Of a DNA stretch of 64,000 bases, positions 46,927-55,400 are shown piece after piece. Made by a program: the position numbers and the translations under genes. The stretch is from NCBI GenBank assembly GCA_963795795.1, contig CAWCJS010000005.1, positions 134,011 to 198,010 on the forward strand. The letters are read 5' to 3'. The notes under the pieces were generated by a model that saw only the letters and a program-made list of their open reading frames with translations, was not told the origin of the DNA and ran no database searches. The DNA is from an uncultured Actinomycetes bacterium. Lineage in GTDB: Bacteria; Actinomycetota; Actinomycetes; Streptosporangiales; Streptosporangiaceae. The stretch's first letter is position 1. Each line of letters begins with the position of its first letter.

Positions 46927-48399
46927 TCACATGGGTCGTTTGTGAGCCGCATCCAGGTTCTCTTTAGTAAGCAGGTCGCTGCCCAACTTCCACTTGGCAG
47001 CTATCCAGAACTCTTGGTCCCGGTCGGCTGGGCGATCAGCGTTCTCCCACAGGGCGTAGGCGGTCTTCGCGACGTCCTCATGGAGCCACTCGCTGTCGAC
47101 GTCCTCAAAGAGCCACGGACTGTCCGTCGGGTATCGGTATTTCAAAGCGAGTTCTTCTTGATGCTTGACCTCCGACGGCCCCTCAAGCATACGGAGATAG
47201 CGGTTCACGCACGGAAGAGTCCGGCCCATAAAATAGCGCAGCATAACGCGGCTGGACTGCGCCTCACCCTGATCTGTCTGTATCCAGAACGAGAGCTCGA
47301 CTTCAGTTGGGCATAGATTGACGTAGTCGAAGAGATGCAGTCCGAAACGGTAAGCGGAGTCTGGGTCCAGAAGTACTGGATCTGGCAGGCGGCAGGAGGC
47401 TCGCTCCGCCAGCTCGGTCCAGACGGGTGTCCACAAATCTCCCTCGCGCTGGTAGGACGTCTGCCCGGCGGCACGCTGCGCTTCGGCAAAACTGCGCCAT
47501 ACATCGGGCATGGGAAACTGATAGGTACGGTGCAGCGGAATCGGGGTGGCCAGGCCGGCACCGCCAAGGCCGTCGTGCGCTTGGAAGCTGGCCCTTAGTA
47601 CGTCGATCCCGATGCGCGTAATCAGCCTGGATGCGGCCGATCGGTTGATTACTGTCATGTCGAAAATAGGATCTTCATACGTCCCCAGGCCTCCGTGAAA
47701 TGACCAGGGTGCGGGCGCGGAGGACGGCGAGTCAGGGTCGGGCGAACGCCCTCCCGCCCAAGTCGGGCACTCATCGGCTATGGCGATATCCGCGAAATCG
47801 ATGATCTGGGATACCCGATTCAGACCGGTGTAGGGAGACTTCGATACGGCTTTCTCGATCATCTGGAGCTTCGGCCTAGAGCGTCCATCGTCAGGTCGGA
47901 TCTCCCAGTTCGGTCCCTTGATCTTCCGGACCACGGCCTCAGCGATCTCGCTCGGCTCCATAGTCCGAAGGTCCAGATATGCCGTCGTCCGCGGCAAACC
48001 TGGCGGCCATGAATCGTCGAGCACCACGGGCAGCACGTATTCCTCGGTAGTCTCCAAGGCATGCGCCAACGCAATGCGGCGCTCGAGGATAGTGTACGGC
48101 TTCCGGCAATAGTCCTCTGATATGAGTATTACGCAGTATCTCGCTCCGCCGCCATAGATGCTCCCTAGATAATCAGAGAGGTCCTTCCCCCAGGTCTCCC
48201 ATACGTGGAATTCGTCGAAGTAGACGCGCAATCCGTTCGCCCGTGCCGAATCTGCGATCCGGCGCGCCACTTCGCGGTCTTCGCCGGCGAACGACAAGGC
48301 CAGATCGTAACTGTAATCGCGAGGCAACGGCAGGAGAGCTGCGGAAGCAGTTTGAACGCTATAAGCCTCTGGCGAGTCCCGTTCGGAAGATGAGGTCAT
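46927..48399 (-). CDS. TIR-domain protein with an uncharacterised ~330-aa C-terminal region ending in a DUF2934-like tail
   Basis: Residues about 29-160 read YDLALSFAGEDREVARRIADSARANGLRVYFDEF...WGKDLSDYLGSIYGGGARYCVILISEDYCRKPYTILERRIALAHA...YVLPVVLDDSWPPGLP. This matches the bacterial TIR pattern and includes the conserved Glu (E106, codon 48082-48084). The tail AKTAYALWENADRPADRDQEFWIAAKWKL resembles DUF2934. GGAGG lies 8 nt upstream. GC is visibly lower than the flanks. Confidence 0.75.
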   Translation of the reverse strand: MTSSSERDSPEAYSVQTASAALLPLPRDYSYDLALSFAGEDREVARRIADSARANGLRVYFDEFHVWETWGKDLSDYLGSIYGGGARYCVILISEDYCRKPYTILERRIALAHALETTEEYVLPVVLDDSWPPGLPRTTAYLDLRTMEPSEIAEAVVRKIKGPNWEIRPDDGRSRPKLQMIEKAVSKSPYTGLNRVSQIIDFADIAIADECPTWAGGRSPDPDSPSSAPAPWSFHGGLGTYEDPIFDMTVINRSAASRLITRIGIDVLRASFQAHDGLGGAGLATPIPLHRTYQFPMPDVWRSFAEAQRAAGQTSYQREGDLWTPVWTELAERASCRLPDPVLLDPDSAYRFGLHLFDYVNLCPTEVELSFWIQTDQGEAQSSRVMLRYFMGRTLPCVNRYLRMLEGPSEVKHQEELALKYRYPTDSPWLFEDVDSEWLHEDVAKTAYALWENADRPADRDQEFWIAAKWKLGSDLLTKENLDAAHKRPM

Positions 48400-48647
48400 T
48401 CCAGCGCCTCCGGTTACAAACAGCTCGACGATGCGCTTGAGAGAATCGCCCCGGCCACTTCATGGTAGGGCATTAGGGCTGAGGTGGAGGTAGGGCGCCC
48501 ACAGCCCACGGCAGTGGCTCGCCGGGCCAGTCTCTGGTCCGGGCGATGTATCAGGGCAGGAGTCAGGCCCTCCGTCCCAGTAGGGATTCAATGCCTCACC
48601 CTGTCCTGATCTTGGCGGTCCGGGTGGCGCGAGGAGGAGGGGCATCA

Positions 48648-49460
48648 GTGAACGAGCGAAGCCGTGACAACAATGAGCTCATCGTCTCCTATCTGTTCCT
48701 GCGCCGGACCGTGGGGTGGATCGGAACCCTGCTGCCGATCGTCTTGCTGGTCGGCAACGCGCTGACGTCGACCGCGCCGCGGCCGGGTTCCATTAGCGGT
48801 TACTACTACACCGACATGCGCAACATCTTCGTCGGGGCGCTGTGCGCGCTCGGCGTCTTCCTCGTGGCGTATCGGGGCTATGACGACGTGGATGACGCAA
48901 TTACCACTGTCGCCGGGTTCGCCGTGGTCGGCGTCGCGTTTTGTCCGACCAAGCCGGCGGTCTGCACGGCGGGCGCTGGAGCGTGCCCCGCGTCGTCGGT
49001 CGCGCGTCTATCGACCAGCCAGCAGGTGGTGGGTGACATTCACGTGGCCTTGGCGGCCATCGCCTTGATCGCGCTTGGTCTGATGGCGCTGCGCTTCGCT
49101 AAGCGGGGAGAGACGCCGCCTGGCTTGAGTTCGATGGGTCAACTCCGGTACGGCCTGGGTTTCGGGGCGCCGGGTGAGGGCTGGACGCAGCGCTACGCCG
49201 GGGAAACTGCCATCTACCGGGCCAGCGGCATAACGGTCTTGGGCTGCGTGGTCTTGGCCGCGCTATCGAACCTGCTGCCGGTTTCGGTCAAGGCTCACTG
49301 GCCGTCGCTGTTCATCTTCGAGGCGGCTGCGGTCTTCGCGTTCGGGGTCTCCTGGTTCGTGAAGGGCCGGGCCATCGAGGCGATCCGGGACCGGATTCGG
49401 AAGGGCAGGCCCGGTACGCACGCTTCCCCCTCGATCCGGGAACTGCAAGGCCAGCCCTAA
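48648..49460 (+). CDS. hypothetical polytopic membrane protein
   Basis: The GTG at 48648 follows GGAGGAGG. About 6 TM segments (GWIGTLLPIVLLVG, IFVGALCALGVFLVAY, VAGFAVVGVAFCP, IHVALAAIALIALGLMAL, ITVLGCVVLAALSNLL, LFIFEAAAVFAFGVSWF). Divergent from the TIR gene. Confidence 0.6.
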   Translation: MNERSRDNNELIVSYLFLRRTVGWIGTLLPIVLLVGNALTSTAPRPGSISGYYYTDMRNIFVGALCALGVFLVAYRGYDDVDDAITTVAGFAVVGVAFCPTKPAVCTAGAGACPASSVARLSTSQQVVGDIHVALAAIALIALGLMALRFAKRGETPPGLSSMGQLRYGLGFGAPGEGWTQRYAGETAIYRASGITVLGCVVLAALSNLLPVSVKAHWPSLFIFEAAAVFAFGVSWFVKGRAIEAIRDRIRKGRPGTHASPSIRELQGQP

Positions 49461-49493
49461 CTGGAAAGTCGGGGCCGGTGCCCTAGCGAGGTA

Positions 49494-50502
49494 ATGTCGC
49501 GTGGTGTGAGCGCGGAGCTCGGGCCGTGGATCGACCTGCACAGTCACGCTGGCCGGTGCTACCTGGCCGGCCTGGCCGCCGGGCATCCGATGGTGACCGC
49601 GCTGGGCGCGGCGTCGGTTACCGACGCGTTGCGGGACGCGGCGGCCGCTGGCGTGACCGCGCTGATGCTGGCCACCGTGTCCGACTTCGCGGTGCTGCGA
49701 CCCGACCCGGTGACCGGGCTGCGCGCTTACCGGGACTTCGCTCCCGATGAGGCTTACACCGATCACCGTCGTCAACTGGACGGGATCCGCGGGGCGGTGG
49801 CTGCAGCTGGCGTGGAGGTAGCGACTTCGGCGGCCGGGGTGGACCGGGCCTTCCGCGACGGTCGCACCGCGGTGTTGCTTGGGTGCGAGGGCGGTGACTT
49901 CCTCGAGGGCGACCTGCGGCGGCTGGAGGAGGCCCGCGCGGACGGCGTTACGGTGCTCACCCTGGTGCACTATCGGGTCAACGAGATCGGCGACGTGCAG
50001 ACCTCACCGCCGGTGCACGGTGGTCTGAGCCGGTTCGGCCGGGATGTGGTCGCCGAGTGCAACCGGCTGGGCATCGTGGTCGACTGCGCACACGCCAGCT
50101 TCGATACCACGATGGCCGTGCTGGAGGTATCGGACCAGCCGGTGATCATTTCTCACGGCCAGCTTGGCCACCCGGGCTCCTCCCACCCGCGGCTGCTGAC
50201 CTCAGCGCACGTGACCGCGGTTGCCTCGGCCGGCGGGTTGATCGGCGCCTGGCCAGTCGGGTTGACCAGCCAGTCCCTGGCCGATTTCGGCGCCGAGGTC
50301 ATCCGGCTCAGCGAGGTGGCCGGGCCCGGCCACGTGGCCATCGGCACCGACCTGGACGGCAATTACCGGCCCGTCCTGACCAGCTACTTTCAGTTCGCTG
50401 ACCTGGGCGGACATGCTCCACGACCGTGGGCTCCCGGCCGCGCACATCCGGCAAATCCTCGGCGGTAACGCCGTGGAGCTGCTGAACCGCATCGGGCCGT
50501 AA
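49494..50502 (+). pseudogene. membrane dipeptidase (peptidase M19 family), frame broken near 50408
   Basis: IDLHSH, LTLVHYRVNEIGD, VVDCAHAS, IISHG and AIGTDLDG metal-ligand regions. After ...FADLGG the frame shifts and continues DMLHDRGLPAAHIRQILGGNAVELLNRIGP to the stop at 50500-50502. Confidence 0.7.
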
Positions 50503-50613
50503 GTGCCTGTCTCACCGCAGCCACCGGACGACGCCGGGCAACCAGGGCATGTGGGACTATAAGGTGCGTGGGAAAACATGCTTAGGACCTGTGGCTGCTA
50601 GTAAGGGCGGCGA

Positions 50614-51873
50614 ATGGAACGAAATACAGAGGGCCCGCTCGCGGAATATGTCGCGCTACGCCAAGAGGTCACGGCGAGACTCGGCTTCATGCATCAGCTA
50701 ATGGCGCTTCAGCTTACGATCACAGGGACCATCACCGCAGTCAGCTTCTCGGCATCCGGCAGGTCACACCTGCTCTTGGTGCTGCCGTGGACCTCTTACC
50801 TCCTGTGCGGCAGGTATATATCGCAGGAATATGGCATAGACCGGATCGGAGAGTATAACCGGCGGCACCTAGCCTACATCATTCCCGGGGCGCTCGGCTG
50901 GGAAAAATGGATGGTAGATCACCCGCGACGGTTCACTACTCTTGGCTGGCGTATCCCGCTGATAGTAGCATTCCCCGGAGTGGCGATCTTTGCTCTAGCG
51001 TTGAGCGCTAAGTCGGTGTTCGGAGTCCGTCAGTATTCTCTCATTGCCGTGGCGCTGATCATTGTGTGGTTTATCGGTCTGATCTTGACCATACTTTCTG
51101 TCGTCACGATTAACTGGATTCTGAACTATCGCAAGAAAGCGCACATCGTGACATTCGCACTGGACGGGTCCCTTAGCCTCTCTGCTATCGTCTTCGACGT
51201 TGACGGCCTGATGATCGACAGCGAGCGCGGCGAACGGACGGCTTGGCAGGCCGCGGCGGAGGAGTTCGGCTGCACCATCTCAGATGCGGAATTCGCCACG
51301 ATAATCGGCGTTTCTCACTCGGCGGCAAGAGACATACTCACCCAGGCGTGGTCTGGTAAGTCAAACAACGCATGTGATTTCGATAAGATCTTCGCCCGGA
51401 AACTGGAGCTGGCCAGCCGAGTTCCCATAGAGAAGAAACCCGGACTCGAATCATTGATGTGTTGGGCTGAGTCGCTGTCGATACCTATGGCGATAGCAAG
51501 TTCGACGCAACGCGAGCTGGTGGTCGACCGGCTCGCTAGGGCACGCGTTGATCCGGGCAGGTTTAAGGTAATTGTATGTGGTGATGATGTCTCCGAGGTT
51601 AAGCCGGCTCCTGATATCTACCTGCTCGCGGCCAGGAAACTGAGGCTTAAACCACGCGCTTGCCTGGTGCTTGAGGACTCGGATAATGGCGTCCGTGCCG
51701 CGAATGCTGCCGGGGCAATTCCCGTCTTGATCCCCGACATGGCATTGCGTGCGGGGTCGGCGCCCCCCGTTGATGTTGCGGCCATGGCGTACGCACAATT
51801 TGAATCTCTGCAGGAAGTCGAAGATCATCTGCGTAAGAAGATCTGGTCGTGGAACCGCCAGAAGTCCGAATGA
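50614..51873 (+). CDS. fusion of an N-terminal ~185-aa membrane module (4-5 TM) with a C-terminal HAD-IA phosphatase (beta-phosphoglucomutase-like)
   Basis: HAD motifs: IVFDVDGLMIDSE (I), ASSTQRE (II), K in SEVKPAPDIY and LEDSDNGVRAANAAG (III/IV). The N-terminal TM stretches include LMALQLTITGTITAVSF, LLLVLPWTSYLL, IPLIVAFPGVAIFALAL and LIAVALIIVWFIGLILTILSVV. GC is strikingly low (40-58% in hand-counted lines). Confidence 0.7.
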   Translation: MERNTEGPLAEYVALRQEVTARLGFMHQLMALQLTITGTITAVSFSASGRSHLLLVLPWTSYLLCGRYISQEYGIDRIGEYNRRHLAYIIPGALGWEKWMVDHPRRFTTLGWRIPLIVAFPGVAIFALALSAKSVFGVRQYSLIAVALIIVWFIGLILTILSVVTINWILNYRKKAHIVTFALDGSLSLSAIVFDVDGLMIDSERGERTAWQAAAEEFGCTISDAEFATIIGVSHSAARDILTQAWSGKSNNACDFDKIFARKLELASRVPIEKKPGLESLMCWAESLSIPMAIASSTQRELVVDRLARARVDPGRFKVIVCGDDVSEVKPAPDIYLLAARKLRLKPRACLVLEDSDNGVRAANAAGAIPVLIPDMALRAGSAPPVDVAAMAYAQFESLQEVEDHLRKKIWSWNRQKSE

Positions 51874-51971
51874 GATCGGGTCGGCCCTCGGGGTGCTTGC
51901 TGTGGGCCTATCAATCCGCGGCGGGTCATCGTATTGTTATGGCATTACTACGCGTCGACGAGGTGACTGGA

Positions 51972-52373
51972 ATGGATCCGATCACGCTTATCGTGACTGC
52001 CCTGGCCGCAGGCGCGGCGCTGGGGATTCAGGACACCGCCTCTGCGATGGTCAAGGATGCCTACGCCAGCCTCAAGGCCCTGGTGCGAAGGCGGCTGGGC
52101 GGTGATCCCGGCGCGGAAATGGTGCTCGCCCGGCATGAGCAGGCCCCGGAAACCTGGCAGGCGCCGCTGATGTCGGAACTGGCCCGGACCGGTGCGGAAG
52201 GGGACGGTGACCTAATCGCTGCGGCGAAGGCGCTACTGGACCTGGTCGGCGGCGCCGGGACGGTCGGGAAATACGCGGTTGACGTGCGGGGGGCGCAGGG
52301 CGTTCAGGTCGGGGATCACAACCGGCAGGACAACGTGTTCAACGCCCCGGCAGACGGCACCGGTACGCGGTGA
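51972..52373 (+). CDS. small Bell-like helical protein with an N-terminal hydrophobic helix and a C-terminal G/V/Q/N-rich amyloid-signalling-like motif
   Basis: 133 aa with GAGGTG upstream of the ATG. MDPITLIVTALAAGAALGIQDTASAMVKDAYASLKALVRRRL...LIAAAKALLDLV, then GKYAVDVRGAQGVQVGDHNRQDNVF (52266-52340). That motif is repeated at the N-terminus of the next gene. Confidence 0.7.
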   Translation: MDPITLIVTALAAGAALGIQDTASAMVKDAYASLKALVRRRLGGDPGAEMVLARHEQAPETWQAPLMSELARTGAEGDGDLIAAAKALLDLVGGAGTVGKYAVDVRGAQGVQVGDHNRQDNVFNAPADGTGTR

Positions 52374-52466
52374 ACTCTGGGCTACCACGCGGACTCGGGG
52401 CAGTTCCCGCTGCGCGTATCACGGTTGCCCTCGGCGTCCTCCTTATGGTTTAGGGAGGGTTCGCCG

Positions 52467-55400
52467 GTGAATTCTTCTCCCGAGAACGGTGCCGAGCCGG
52501 TTCAGGTGGAGACCGGGGCGGTTGGCGGGTATTCGGTCGATGCCCGGGGTGGCATGGGTGTGCAGGTCGGTGACCGCAACATCCAGATTAACTACGCGTA
52601 TAACGGGCTGACGCTGACCGATGGGGTGGCGCCGCCGCCGCTGGTGAGCGTGTCGGGGGCGGTGGATTCTCCGTATCGCGGCTTGGGCGCGTTTGAAGAG
52701 CAGGACGCGCCATTTTTCTACGGCCGGGAGGAGGCGGCCACCCACCTGCTTGAGCGGATGTCGGGGCTGCTGGATGGTCCGGGCTTGCTGGTGGTGTCGG
52801 GTGTGTCGGGTGCGGGTAAGTCGTCGCTGCTGCGGGCGGGCGTCCTGCCGCGGATCCGGGGGGCTGGGCTGGCGGGCTCGCCGGGAGCGGCCTCGTGGCC
52901 GTGCCTGGTGTTCACCCCGGGCCGGGCGCCGCTGGACGAGCTGGCGCTGCGGGTGGGGTTGCTGGCCGGGGCGGATGCGGCTGCGGTGCGGCGCGGACTG
53001 GACGCCGATCCCGGTGGATTCGCGCTCACCGCCCGTCAGGCCGCCCTCGCCTCGCCTCCGCTGCCCGGTGGGGAGCTGGGAGGCCCGGCCGCGCGGGCGG
53101 CCGGGTCGTCGGCGGGTCAGCGGCGATTGCTGCTCGTGGTCGACCAGTTCGAGCAGGTGTTCACGCAGTGCCCCGATGAAGGGCAGCGGCAGGCCTTCGT
53201 TACCGCCTTGTGTGCGGCCGCCGGGGCCGGTCCCGGGTCGGGCGGCCGCACACCGGCGGCGCTGGTGGTGCTAGGGGTGCGGGCCGATTTCGAGGCGCGC
53301 TGCGCGAATTACCCCGAGCTGGCCGGCGCGGTCCAGGACCGCTACCTGGTGACGGCGATGACCGAGCGGCAGCTGCGGATGGCCATCACCGAGCCGGCCA
53401 AGACGGCAGGCTCGCGCGTTGACGAGGACCTGGTCGAGGTCTTGCTCGCCGAGGTGCGGGCCCGCCAGCCTGGAGCCGCCGGGGCGGGCGTGCTGCCGTT
53501 GCTGTCGCACGCCCTGGACCAGGCCTGGCGGTCCAAGACCGGGGAGATCCTGACCGTGGCGGACTACGAGCGCACCGGCGGGATCGAGGGGGCCGTCGCC
53601 GATAGCGCCCAGCGCGCGTACGACCACCTCACCCCCGGCCAGCAGGCCGCGGCCCGGCAGGTGTTTACCCGGCTGACCGCCGCCAGCAGCGACGGGATGG
53701 ACACCGCTGACCGGGCCACCAGGGCGGAGCTGACCGAAGGCAGGAACCCGGCCGGGGCGGGCGACGTGGAAGCGGTACTGGAGGCCTTCGCCGGAGAACG
53801 CCTGCTGACCCTGGCCGCGGATAGCGTGGAGATCAGCCACGAGGTGCTGCTGACGGCCTGGCCGCTACTGCGCGACACCTGGCTCACCGAAACCCACGCG
53901 GACCGGATCGTCCGCACCCGGCTGCACAATGTCTCAGCCGAATGGGCCCGCCAGTCCCGTGACCCGTCCTATCTCTACGGCGGATCTCTGCTCCAGGCCG
54001 CCGCCGAAACCGCCGCCCGGACCGGCGCCGACCCCGCCCGCAACCCCCCGCTGAGCCAGACCGAACGGGACTTCCTGCACGCCAGCGACCGCGCCCGCCG
54101 CCGGAGGGCACGCACGCGGCACGCGGTGACCGCGGTCCTGCTGGCGCTCACGCTAACCGCGGTCATTACCGCCGGGATCGCCGTATCGAACGCCGCCAAC
54201 GCTCACCAGCAAGCCGCTAACGCGGCCCGGCAAGCCGCCAACGCGGCCCGGCAACACGCCATCGCCCTGTCTCGGCAGCTCGCGGCCGAAAGCCTCAATA
54301 TCGACGCCGATTATCCGGTGACCGCGCGACGGCTAGCCGTCGCGGCCTGGCGGGTCTCCCCCACCCAGCAGGCCGACTCGGCGATGGCGAGCCTGATGAC
54401 CGAGCAGCAGGAAGACGGCATCCTGCCCGGCGGTACCTCTTACGTGAACGCGTTGGTGTTCAGCCCGGTCGGAGACCTGCTGGCCAGCGCCGACGCCGAC
54501 GGCACGGTACGGCTGTGGGACACGGCGACCGGCCAGTCCGTCCGGACGATCAAGGCTGATACCGCCGGTCACGGCGCCGACGTGAACGGGGTGGCGTTCA
54601 GCCCCGACGGCAAGCTGCTGGCCAGCGCGGACGGCGACGGCACGGTACGGCTCTGGGATCCGGCCACCGGTCGGCTCGTCCGCACGATCCAGGCCGATAC
54701 CAGCGGCGTGAACGGGGTGGCGTTCAGCTCCGATGGGAGGCTGCTGGCCAGCGCCGACTACGGCGGCCTGGTGCGGTTGTGGGATCCGGCCACGGGCCGG
54801 CCCGTCCGATCGATCCGGGCGGATAGCTCCGGCGCCCAGAGCCCCATCGAAGCCAACGGGGTGGCATTCAGCCCCGGCGGGGGGATGCTGGCCAGCGCCG
54901 ACGACGACGGCACGGTACGGCTGTGGGATCCGGCCACTGGCCGGCTCGTCCGCACGATCCGGGTCGGTTCCGCCGACGTCTCCGACGGCGTCAACGTGGT
55001 GGCGTTCAGCCCGAACGGCCACCTGCTGGCCACCGGCGACCAACTCGGCAGCGCGCCGGGGTTGTGGGATCCGGCCACCGGGCGGGCCGCCGCATTGCGC
55101 CAGGGCAACGCCGACTCGACTGGCAATGTGGACGGGGTGGCGTTCAGCCCGGTCGGCGACCTGCTGGCCAGCGTCTACGATGACGGCACGGTGGCGTTGT
55201 GGGATACGGTCACCGGCCGGCCCGACCGCACGATCCAGCCCGCCGCCACCGGGCTGCCTCCTGAGAGCAACGGCCGAATACTTCCCATCGGAAATGAGGT
55301 CGCGTTCGGCCCCGGCGGCACGCTGCTCGCCACCGCTGACTCCGACGGCACGGTACGGCTGTGGGATCCGGCCACCGGCCAGCCCGTCCGCACGATCCCG

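Noticed and set aside
51849-51971. Longer version of the Bell-like ORF starting at 51849
   Set aside because: It would overlap the end of the HAD gene, and the extra 41 residues (MEPPEVRMRSGRPSGCLLW...) look non-native. The ATG at 51972 has an upstream GAGGTG and starts with the hydrophobic helix.
52425-52466. Earlier start for the NLR-like gene
   Set aside because: There is no RBS before 52425. GGGAGGG lies 7 nt upstream of the GTG at 52467, and that start places the amyloid-like motif close to the N-terminus, as expected. This is not decisive without experimental data.
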